Program-made: the position numbers and the translations under genes
DNA from: Spirochaetia bacterium
GTDB taxonomy: Bacteria > Spirochaetota > Spirochaetia > CADAEX01
Assembly (NCBI GenBank): GCA_963662795.1
Contig: OY759746.1
Span: 896,001 to 960,000 of the forward strand
Length of the DNA stretch: 64,000 bases
Direction of reading: 5' to 3'
The notes under the pieces: model-generated
Told to the model about the DNA's origin: nothing
The model's input: the letters and a program-made list of their open reading frames with translations, nothing else
The model's database searches: none
In this document: one piece after another, positions 20,219 to 28,678 of the stretch
How the letters are laid out: the number at the start of each line of letters is the position of its first letter
Position numbering within the stretch: position 1 is the first letter of the stretch

Positions 20219-20268
20219 TGTCCATATAAAATACGAACTTTGTTCGTGTTTTATATGGACATTATTCG
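20219..20268. promoter_or_regulatory. Operator site 3 embedded in a 43-bp palindrome
   Basis: tgtccatataaaatacgaac-ttt-gttcgtgttttatatggaca has 20-bp arms with 1 mismatch (20219-20261) and contains cgaac-ttt-gttcg-N9-tggac-att-attcg. Confidence 0.75.
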
Positions 20269-20320
20269 CTATTAATAACTTTCGGATTGACTAATGATTA
20301 ACCCTCCATTAAACTTAATA

Positions 20321-21184
20321 ATGATGGAAACTAAAACACTAAGCGACAATAAAAAACTGGCTTTCATTTATATGTTTATATCTGCTGTATTCTTCACTTT
20401 AATGAGTACAGCCGTCAAATATGGAAGTGATATATCATTTATTCATAAAGTTTTTTTCAGAAATTTCATCACATTTTTAATGATATTTTTTTTAATTCAC
20501 AAAAAAAATATATCTATTTGTTTTAATATTAATAAATATTTTTATCTTTTAGTATTAAGAGCCTTAACAGGTTTGGCAGGTGTTCTTTGTTATTTCTATG
20601 CACTAAAAGATATCCCTCTTGCTGATGCCTGTATTCTTAATAAACTTTCTCCATTTTTTATAATTATTTTTTCTAGTCTATTTCTAAAAGAAAAAATCAA
20701 TAGAAATACTTTCTTTTTAATTGTTATTTCATTTATCGGAACTGTTTTAATTATTAAGCCAGCTTTTCACATGGCACTATACCCAGCTTCAGGAGCTGTT
20801 TTATCGGCATTTTTTGCCGGAATATCATATACAATTATAAGATCATTAAAAAAGATAGAAAAGCCTGAAATAATTATATTATATTTTTCAGGTATTTCAT
20901 CATTGCTTTTGCTTTTTCCATCATTTTTAACATTTAAAAGTTATAATTATATTCAATTATCAGTTCTATGTTTAATTGGCATATTTGCTACAGGTGGTCA
21001 ATTCTTTTTAACAAAAGGATTTCAGGTTTATAACGCGGGAGAAATTTCAATAGTCAGTTATTCACAGATACTTTTTTCCTTCATCATTGATATTTTCCTT
21101 TTTAAGGAATTCCCTGACTTTTATTCTTTGACTGGAGGTTGTCTGATAATAATAAGCGGAATAATATTTTATTTGAAAAAATAA
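20321..21184 (+). CDS. EamA/DMT-family transporter
   Basis: About 10 TM segments in two EamA repeats (VFFRN, LSPFF..LFLKEKI). The start is moved from 20294 to 20321 because TTGACT-17-TAAACT (20287-20315) overlaps the upstream ATG. Confidence 0.88.
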   Translation: MMETKTLSDNKKLAFIYMFISAVFFTLMSTAVKYGSDISFIHKVFFRNFITFLMIFFLIHKKNISICFNINKYFYLLVLRALTGLAGVLCYFYALKDIPLADACILNKLSPFFIIIFSSLFLKEKINRNTFFLIVISFIGTVLIIKPAFHMALYPASGAVLSAFFAGISYTIIRSLKKIEKPEIIILYFSGISSLLLLFPSFLTFKSYNYIQLSVLCLIGIFATGGQFFLTKGFQVYNAGEISIVSYSQILFSFIIDIFLFKEFPDFYSLTGGCLIIISGIIFYLKK

Positions 21185-21263
21185 TGAAAAGATCATATCA
21201 ATACAGATGAAGATACGATAGTTCTTGAGTCTTAATAATTTGTCTTTAAAAAGGAGAAGAAAA

Positions 21264-22169
21264 ATGAACAATCCAAAAAGAATGCTTTCGGGTGTGTTTT
21301 CACCGAACTGTACTCCATTTATAAATGATAAAGTTGATTATTATGGAATAGAAAAAAATATTGAAAAATTAAATCGATCAGAGCTGAAAGGATATTTTGT
21401 TCTTGGTACAAACGGAGAATTTAAAGCACTTACCGAATCTGAAAAATTTAAAGTCCTTAAAACTTATATCAAATATTCATGCGATAATAAAATTATTATG
21501 GCTGGCACAGGGTGTGAAAGTACTTACGAAACAATTAAAATGACAAAAAAAGCAGCTGATATGGGTGCAAAATTGGTAAGTCTCTTAATGCCTAATTTCT
21601 TTGTAAATAAAATTAATGCAGATGTTATGGTTTCACATATTATAGAAGTAGCAGACAACTCTCCTGTCCCTGTGGTTCTTTATAATAATCCGTCAGTTGC
21701 AGCGGGAGTAACTATTACTACAGATGTAATAAAAAGAGTAAAAGATCACCCGAGTGTTGCTGGGATTAAAGACAGTTCAAATGACACATGGCCTGAAATA
21801 GTAAAATATGATTCAGAAGATTTTTCAGTACTTGCAGGATCTGCAGGATACTTTTTTGAACTTCTTGAAGCAGGGGGTACAGGGGGAGTTCTTTCCCTTG
21901 CAAATGTATTTCCCGATTCATGTGCAAAACTCTACAGACTTTATACAAGCGGAAGCACGGAGAAAGCGAGGAAGCTTAAGGATGACCTTGTATCATTAAA
22001 CAAAAAGGTTTCAGGAAGCTATGGAGTTGAAGGAGTCAAATATGCAATGGAACTTGCCGGTTTTTCAGGGGGTAATCCACGAAGACCTCTTAAAGCACTT
22101 ACAGACGATCAAAAAAACTCTGTTGAAAAAGACCTTAAAGAAAGCGGATTTTTAAATCATAGAAAATAA
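21264..22169 (+). CDS. DHDPS/NAL-family class I aldolase, 4-hydroxy-2-oxoglutarate aldolase (HOGA)-like
   Basis: GTNGEF (HOGA-type G.NGE rather than the DapA GTTGE), AGTGCEST, PVVLYN, GIKDS (Schiff-base Lys), FSVLAGSAG and GGV.SLANV. SD AAGGAG before the ATG at 21264. Confidence 0.85.
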   Translation: MNNPKRMLSGVFSPNCTPFINDKVDYYGIEKNIEKLNRSELKGYFVLGTNGEFKALTESEKFKVLKTYIKYSCDNKIIMAGTGCESTYETIKMTKKAADMGAKLVSLLMPNFFVNKINADVMVSHIIEVADNSPVPVVLYNNPSVAAGVTITTDVIKRVKDHPSVAGIKDSSNDTWPEIVKYDSEDFSVLAGSAGYFFELLEAGGTGGVLSLANVFPDSCAKLYRLYTSGSTEKARKLKDDLVSLNKKVSGSYGVEGVKYAMELAGFSGGNPRRPLKALTDDQKNSVEKDLKESGFLNHRK

Positions 22170-22332
22170 TTTATCAGAATCCTTTAAGTTTAAAATTAAT
22201 TGCGTTCTTTTAACAGTCTCCTAAAGCACGTTTTTTTAGGTAATCATGATACAAAAAGGCCAAGTTACGGTATAAAAGTCGTGTCAAAACAACCAGGCAG
22301 AAAAGAAGGCTTTGAAAAAAAGGTATAACATA

Positions 22333-22762
22333 ATTAATTGACGGCGGAACAGTCTATATTAACTCGGCAGAAAACAATCGGGTTTACAGATTGAGAGGCG
22401 GTCCACTCGAACAGATTACCGAAGACCAGTCTCTTGTTTGAAAATACTACAGGTCTGAAAAAATGACAAAAGAGGAAATAAGAAAGCACCCCAGAAATAA
22501 TATTCTCACCTGCGCACTTGGATCAGACGCGGACATGCTGCCGAACAGTATTGAAAGCTACAGGCTTGATGCTGAAGATAATGATCTGTATCTTCTCTTC
22601 AGCGACGGACTAAGCGTCATGTTAAGCGACATGGAAATGGAAGATATTCTTGTGATGGATGGGTCTGTTGATCATATCGTTAACAAACTTCTTGTAGCGG
22701 TAATGGAAAGCGGCGGCAGGGGTATTATTTCCTTAATACTTGTTAAAAGTTGATTTTTTATA
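22333..22762 (+). pseudogene. Truncated duplicate of PP2C phosphatase 3' end (direct repeat copy 2)
   Basis: Colinear with 6702..7131. It has a TGG->TGA nonsense at 22439-22441, GDSR changed to ENNR, GGRDN changed to GGRGI, and no 5' half. Confidence 0.9.
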
Positions 22763-22763
22763 G

Positions 22764-23246
22764 TTATTTAAGCTTATCCTTTGAATGTTCAAAAAATGAG
22801 ATAATCCGGCTTTCGTCAAGAAATTCCGGAGCCGCATCAGGTACACCCTTGTAATAGATTTCCATTCCCGGTTTCTTTTTTGAATCTTTTTTCCCGTAAA
22901 AAAGAAGAGTCATTTCAGACATATTCAGAAAAGATCCGTAATCCCGTTTGATTATATTTTCATCTTTAAGTTTTTTATACTTAACAAGGATCTCTTCTTC
23001 TTTCGAGAATACATTGGAAGCAATAGCGCTGTATCTGGTATATTTCATCTCTTTCACGCCAAGCGGGACTATGTTGATATAAACAATATTGGAACTAACG
23101 TCAGAACCTTTCAAAACCGCCCAGAAAACAGCTATATCCTCAGCTTTAAATATATAATCAGCGCCATAGTAAGTATTATCCTGGGAATAGCCGGGTACTG
23201 TTAATATGATAAAAAATAGTACTGCCATTATTGCCGTTTTTTTCAT
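22764..23246 (-). CDS. Hypothetical exported protein, last gene of ABC operon
   Basis: 160 aa with a signal peptide and SD GGAG, 7 bp downstream of the ATPase gene. Confidence 0.7.
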   Translation of the reverse strand: MKKTAIMAVLFFIILTVPGYSQDNTYYGADYIFKAEDIAVFWAVLKGSDVSSNIVYINIVPLGVKEMKYTRYSAIASNVFSKEEEILVKYKKLKDENIIKRDYGSFLNMSEMTLLFYGKKDSKKKPGMEIYYKGVPDAAPEFLDESRIISFFEHSKDKLK

Positions 23247-23253
23247 AAAGCTC

Positions 23254-24342
23254 CTACCTTTCGAGAATTTTCATCCGTTTTTCATCAAGGATTATTTCGA
23301 CCTCCTGGTTACACTTAAAAGTCACCTGTCCGAAGGAATCATATAATGATACTTTAATTGTAAAACTTTCTGCCGCGACTGTGTAGTCTACCCTGTCGCC
23401 GAGAAAAGCCCTCTCAATAACAGTTCCCCTTATTTTGGATTCCGGGTTCACTTCTTTAAGTCTTACAGCTTCAGGTCTTAATAAAACATCCGCACTGTCC
23501 CCCGGTTTTACACTTTTCCGGAAATTATTTACTGAAAATTTCTCCCCTTCAATATCAGCGACTGCTTCTTCATCCGCGGAACTGACAATCTTAGAGGGTA
23601 TTGCATTGATAGCGCCGATGAATTTGGCGACGAATTCCGTTTTTGGATTATAGTAAAGATCTTCCGCGGTTCCTATCTGAATAATATCTCCATGATTCAT
23701 GACAATTATTCTGTCTGAGATTGCCATCGCCTCTTCCTGATCATGGGTAACATAAAGAGTACTTATTGACAGCGCTTTCTGCAGACGCCTGATTTCACCC
23801 CTGGTTGAGATCCTGAGTTTTGCGTCCAGATTCGAAAGAGGTTCATCAAGCAGAAGCACTTTAGGTTTGATCACAATTGCCCTTGCAAGAGCTACCCGCT
23901 GCTGTTCGCCGCCTGACATCTGGTGCGGAAACTGCTCCTGATATCCTTCAAGTTTTACAAGTTCGAGCGCTTCATCGACCCGCTTGTCAATTTCATTCTT
24001 GTCGACACCCCTTACTTTCAATCCGTAGGCAACATTTTCAGAAACTGATAAATGGGGAAATAACGCATAATTCTGAAAAACAAACCCTATATCCCGCTGG
24101 TTGGCCATCTGATCAGTAACATCTTCAGAGCCGATAAAAACTTTACCGCTGTCCGGTTCTTCGAACCCGGCAAGCATTCTCATTGTAGTGGTCTTACCGC
24201 ACCCTGAAGGCCCCAGCAGAGTCAGAAGTTCGCCGGGTTCAACTTCGAGGCTCACTCCGTTTACAGCGGATATCTTTCCTTTAAGCTGATGGATATATGT
24301 TTTTGTCAGGTTCTCAAGTTTTATGTTTACAGATTTCATCAA
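23254..24342 (-). CDS. ABC transporter ATP-binding protein (FbpC/AfuC-like)
   Basis: GPSGCGKTT, VFQNYALFPH, MSGGEQQRVALAR and LLDEPLSNLD motifs with a TOBE-like C-terminus. Confidence 0.93.
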   Translation of the reverse strand: MMKSVNIKLENLTKTYIHQLKGKISAVNGVSLEVEPGELLTLLGPSGCGKTTTMRMLAGFEEPDSGKVFIGSEDVTDQMANQRDIGFVFQNYALFPHLSVSENVAYGLKVRGVDKNEIDKRVDEALELVKLEGYQEQFPHQMSGGEQQRVALARAIVIKPKVLLLDEPLSNLDAKLRISTRGEIRRLQKALSISTLYVTHDQEEAMAISDRIIVMNHGDIIQIGTAEDLYYNPKTEFVAKFIGAINAIPSKIVSSADEEAVADIEGEKFSVNNFRKSVKPGDSADVLLRPEAVRLKEVNPESKIRGTVIERAFLGDRVDYTVAAESFTIKVSLYDSFGQVTFKCNQEVEIILDEKRMKILER

Positions 24343-24352
24343 AATACTCCTT

Positions 24353-26065
24353 CTATGCTCCGAAAAGGGACGTTATCCGCAGCGCTCCCGGCTGCCTTAG
24401 AGATTTAAGGACAAAACTTATTCCTGTAATTACAATAAAAACAGTAATTACGACAAACACGGAAAAAGCGGCAGATACGCCAAGGTGCAGTTCTGTCATG
24501 TTCTCGAGAATACTTACAGTAATGAGATTCCAGTTAAGGGAAACCAGAAATATTGCGGCGCTGATTGCTGTCATGGACCTTATAAATACTATTCCAAGGC
24601 CTGAGAATAAACCCGGTAAAATCAGGGGAACCGTTATCCTTCTGAAAGTATATATTGAACTTGCCCCCAGGCTTACTGAAGCTTCCTCGATTCCGGGATG
24701 GATCTGCTGGAGAATTGCAACAGTTGATCTTATCCCGTTGGCGCCGTACTTGGAGACATTGCAGAAGATAATTATAAGAGCTGTCCCTGTAAGAATAATT
24801 GGGCGCTTATTGAACGCTATCAGATAGGCAATACCTACTATAGTCCCGGGCAGTGCGTAATTGATCATGGCAACTATTTCCATGAATTTTCTTGAAAAGA
24901 ATTTTTTCTTTGCTGTAATATAGCCCACGACAACCCCGTACAGACCGCCGAGCAGCATACCTGATATTGAGATGATAAGTGTATCCTTGATAACCTCACG
25001 GCCTCTTGTGAATATCGCTTTGTAGTGGGTAAGTGTAAATGTATTATTCGCGCCGAATGCCTCTATCAGCGATGCATACAGCAGAAGAATATAAAAGTAC
25101 AGAATGAAAAGTACTGTTAAAAGACAGATAAACAGGAACAGGTATCTGGTTTTATTCCCGACACTCTTAAATTTTGTCTGTGAACCTGATTTACCGGTTA
25201 TTGTAACAAGGTTCCTCCTTCCTACCCAGTAACGCTGCAGAAAGAAAACAGCAAGAGACGGAATAAGAAGGATGAATGACAGGATCGCTCCTCCCTTCAT
25301 GTCAAATAATCCTGTAATCTGAAGAAACGCTTCTGTCGGAAGCAGGGGGAATCCGTTACCCGCTAAAATAAGAGGCGTAGCGAAGTCCGCGAGGGATGCG
25401 GCGAAAAGGAGAAGAAAGGAGTTGGCAAGACCTGAAGTGGAAAGGGGGAATGTTACTTTTCTGAAAACGTCCCACCTTGAACTGCCGAGGCTGAAAGCCA
25501 TGTCCTCTACAGTCGGATCAATACCGCCCAGTATACCTTTAAGCGTAATATATGAAATCGGAAAATACGTTATTGTTTCAGCAAAAAGGGTGCTCCACAT
25601 CCCGTAAACTTCAAAATGCTCTAACCCCAGCAGATTGTAGGTAATAAGGCCTCTGGGCCCGAATGAAAAAATAACAGTAATTGCCATTGTAAATGGGGGT
25701 GATATCAGCGGCAGGATAATAGCCCAGTCAAGAAGCCTAGACCACGACTTGGAAAGATTAGCCCTTACGGCAGTAAAAGCGAAGAAAAACCCCAGGGCAG
25801 TACCGCATATACCGACAAGTGTTCCCAGCAGGATACTGTTCCAGGCTGCAATATGGGTATATTTCTTTCCAAGAATCTTAAGCAGCCCGGACAGCTGAAA
25901 ATGTCCGCCTTCTGTAAAAGCAATCGAAAGAATTTTAAATATCGGGAAAAGGACAAATAACGCCAGGAACATCCAGATAACAATAACACTGGTAAGTAAA
26001 GCAGGATCCTTGACAAGGTTTCCAAGGGTATCAGTATTTTTCCTTTTAAAAGTCAAGACGGACAT
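24353..26065 (-). CDS. ABC transporter permease with two BPD_transp_1 domains (FbpB/AfuB-like)
   Basis: 570 aa with two EAA-type loops (VEDMAFSLGSS, IEEASVSLGAS). Confidence 0.9.
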   Translation of the reverse strand: MSVLTFKRKNTDTLGNLVKDPALLTSVIVIWMFLALFVLFPIFKILSIAFTEGGHFQLSGLLKILGKKYTHIAAWNSILLGTLVGICGTALGFFFAFTAVRANLSKSWSRLLDWAIILPLISPPFTMAITVIFSFGPRGLITYNLLGLEHFEVYGMWSTLFAETITYFPISYITLKGILGGIDPTVEDMAFSLGSSRWDVFRKVTFPLSTSGLANSFLLLFAASLADFATPLILAGNGFPLLPTEAFLQITGLFDMKGGAILSFILLIPSLAVFFLQRYWVGRRNLVTITGKSGSQTKFKSVGNKTRYLFLFICLLTVLFILYFYILLLYASLIEAFGANNTFTLTHYKAIFTRGREVIKDTLIISISGMLLGGLYGVVVGYITAKKKFFSRKFMEIVAMINYALPGTIVGIAYLIAFNKRPIILTGTALIIIFCNVSKYGANGIRSTVAILQQIHPGIEEASVSLGASSIYTFRRITVPLILPGLFSGLGIVFIRSMTAISAAIFLVSLNWNLITVSILENMTELHLGVSAAFSVFVVITVFIVITGISFVLKSLRQPGALRITSLFGA

Positions 26066-26088
26066 TTTTATTCCTTTATTAATAATTT

Positions 26089-27138
26089 TTACTGCTGAAG
26101 TACAGTTTCAATCCACTTGTCAACAATACGTTTTCTGTTGTCGCCAGAGTATTTCGGGTCTATCGGGAATATTTTAGCAGCGCTCCTTAAAGCTTCCTTA
26201 AGTTCCGGCTGTGTTTCAACTCCGGGATAAACAGGTATAAAATTTATTTTATATGGCGCATAATAGTTCTGCATTTTTTCCGATGTCGCCCAGTCTATAA
26301 GTTTTTTGCCAAGTCCGGGGTGTTTAGCTCCTTTTATAAGAGCAATCCCTTCAGCGGCAGATCCAATGCCTTCTTTCGGAAAGGATATTACAACATCATA
26401 GCCTGCCTGCTGTGTTTTGAGTGCATCAACAATAAAGAAAATACCCATTCCGGCCTGCCCAAGTCCGACTGGAACTGTTCCGCCGCCGCCGGATTTTGTG
26501 TACACCTGTACATTAGCTGAAAGTTTTTTCATGTACGCAAAAGCGTCATCCTCATCCCTGTTATTTACCTCAAGGATTGAAAATATTCTTGTTACAGCAG
26601 TTCCGGAGGTACGTGCATCAGCGAACTGGATCATTTTGGTATATGCGGGATCAAGGATATCATTCCAGGATGTAGGAGCTTTAAGCTTTTTTTCTTCAAG
26701 AAATTTCTTATTTGTCATGAAACACAAGGGATCATCAGCAATAGCTATCCAGTACCCGTCCTTTTCTTTAAAGCGCTCTTCCAGTTTGGCGAATGACGGT
26801 GATTTGTAAGGCTCAAATACACCTTCGTTCATTCCTGCCCCGAATGTTTCAATCGGCCCGCCGAAAAGTACATCTACCTGGGGATTATCCTTTTCAGCTA
26901 TTACGCGGGTCAAAGCCTCGCCCGAAGAAAACCGCATGAAATTAACTTTTATGCCGGTAGCTTTTTCAAATTCCTCAAACATGGGTGTTGCCCAGTTCTC
27001 AGGCCAGATGGAATAAGCATTCAGGACTGTTCCTTCATCAACCTTTGTAACTGCTTCCTTGTTTCCTCCGGCAAAAATAAGCGAAAGCGGAAGAATAAAA
27101 ATACAGACCAGAAGCAGCACTTTTTTGTAATTATTCAT
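26089..27138 (-). CDS. ABC substrate-binding protein (AfuA/FbpA-like; Fe3+/sugar-phosphate/phosphonate class)
   Basis: FEKATGIKVNF.R.SSGE, AEKDNPQ.DV, PTSW.D and TSGTA motifs. Confidence 0.85.
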   Translation of the reverse strand: MNNYKKVLLLVCIFILPLSLIFAGGNKEAVTKVDEGTVLNAYSIWPENWATPMFEEFEKATGIKVNFMRFSSGEALTRVIAEKDNPQVDVLFGGPIETFGAGMNEGVFEPYKSPSFAKLEERFKEKDGYWIAIADDPLCFMTNKKFLEEKKLKAPTSWNDILDPAYTKMIQFADARTSGTAVTRIFSILEVNNRDEDDAFAYMKKLSANVQVYTKSGGGGTVPVGLGQAGMGIFFIVDALKTQQAGYDVVISFPKEGIGSAAEGIALIKGAKHPGLGKKLIDWATSEKMQNYYAPYKINFIPVYPGVETQPELKEALRSAAKIFPIDPKYSGDNRKRIVDKWIETVLQQ

Positions 27139-27430
27139 AATTACCCTCCTTAAAGGTAAAAAATCACGAAATTGCTCCGTTTTTTTAAATATCTTAATTT
27201 AAAAATTAAAGCCGATAACAGCGTAAAACCATAAATTAATAGCAGCCAAATTTAATCATATTACCCCATATCCGGGTTGTCAATTATTTGTTTTTTTATG
27301 CCTTCTCAGGCGCAGCACTGTTTAACTGCCATGATGGTAATTTTTAGAATTTCCCTTCCCCTGATCAAATCTTTTTGTTGCATGAAGGGGTATTTTTAAG
27401 CATAATAGCTGTACAGGAAGCATCAGTAAA

Positions 27431-28678
27431 ATGAAAGATTTTCTCATATTTGAGAACCTGAATAAAAACTTCGGCAATGTAACAGCAGTTAAAAATTTCT
27501 CTCTTTCAGTCCACCGGGGAGAGATATTCTCACTTTTAGGACCAAGCGGATGCGGAAAAACGACACTGCTGAGGCTGTGCGCCGGGTTTGAAACCCCGGA
27601 CAAAGGAAGAATAATACTTGACGGCAGGGATATTACAGAACTTCCGCCTGAGAAAAGAAAAGTAAATACAGTTTTTCAGAGCTATGCCCTCTTCCCTCAT
27701 CTTTCAATACGGGAAAATATTGCATTCGGCCCCAGGACTGCGGGGAAAAGTAAAAAAGAAATTGACTACGAAGTAGACAGGATGCTCTCGTTTATACAGA
27801 TGGAAGACGCATCACTTCGAATGCCGTCCCAGATAAGCGGAGGACAAAAACAGAGAGTTGCAATCGCCCGGGCTTTGATAAATAAACCACAGGTCCTTCT
27901 CCTTGATGAACCGCTTGCGGCCCTTGACTTAAAACTCAGACAGAGGATGCTGATTGAGCTTGACCAGATCCACGATGAGGTCGGGATTACCTTCCTTTTT
28001 ATTACCCATGACCAGACAGAAGCCATGAGCCTCAGCGACAGAATGGCTGTAATGAATAACGGCAGAATTGAACAGATCGGAACACCGGTTGAAATATATG
28101 AAAGCCCGATGAGCAGCTTTACGGCGGCATTCATCGGCGACACCAACTTTCTTGACGGTAAAGTAACCCAGGTAATAGACAAGGATTATGCATTAATATT
28201 TGTTGACGGAATAGGCGAGATAATATGCTTCAATGACAGGAAACTTAAAACAGGCGACCCGGTCCATGTAAGCATAAGGCCTGAGAAAATATATACATCA
28301 AAAACCAAACCGGAAGAACACAGAAAAATAAACATGCTGCACGGTACAGTTGAAAACATGGTATATATCGGAACCTCAACCAAATACTGGGTCAGGGCGG
28401 GAGAGTGGCTTTTTACAACACAGCAGCCCCACAGGCATTATCTTCTTGATGAACAGCCTCCCAAATGGGATGATGAGGTTTGGGTATCATGGCATGCTGA
28501 TGACTGCTACATGCTTGAAAAATACAGTGAGGCTGATGAGCAGCTCCTTACCATACCTGATGTGGAAGAACCTGCCGGCGAAGCAGAGGCTGCCCCGGAT
28601 TCAGCAGACGGTGCGTCATCCGGGAATGACTCACCGGATAAAGCTGCAGGCGTGCCCGCAGATGAGAAAAGCCGATGA
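27431..28678 (+). CDS. potA: Spermidine/putrescine ABC transporter ATP-binding protein
   Basis: GPSGCGKTTLLR, PPEKRKVNTVFQSYALFPH and GITFLFITHDQ.EA motifs; first gene of potABCD. Confidence 0.92.
   Translation: MKDFLIFENLNKNFGNVTAVKNFSLSVHRGEIFSLLGPSGCGKTTLLRLCAGFETPDKGRIILDGRDITELPPEKRKVNTVFQSYALFPHLSIRENIAFGPRTAGKSKKEIDYEVDRMLSFIQMEDASLRMPSQISGGQKQRVAIARALINKPQVLLLDEPLAALDLKLRQRMLIELDQIHDEVGITFLFITHDQTEAMSLSDRMAVMNNGRIEQIGTPVEIYESPMSSFTAAFIGDTNFLDGKVTQVIDKDYALIFVDGIGEIICFNDRKLKTGDPVHVSIRPEKIYTSKTKPEEHRKINMLHGTVENMVYIGTSTKYWVRAGEWLFTTQQPHRHYLLDEQPPKWDDEVWVSWHADDCYMLEKYSEADEQLLTIPDVEEPAGEAEAAPDSADGASSGNDSPDKAAGVPADEKSR

Noticed and set aside
21264-22169. dapA (lysine biosynthesis)
   Set aside because: It has GTNGE rather than GTTGE plus other HOGA-like motifs, and no dapB or asd is nearby.
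6702-22762. Diversity-generating retroelement template/variable repeat pair
   Set aside because: There is no reverse transcriptase, the mismatches are not adenine-specific, and copy 2 is a plain pseudogene fragment.
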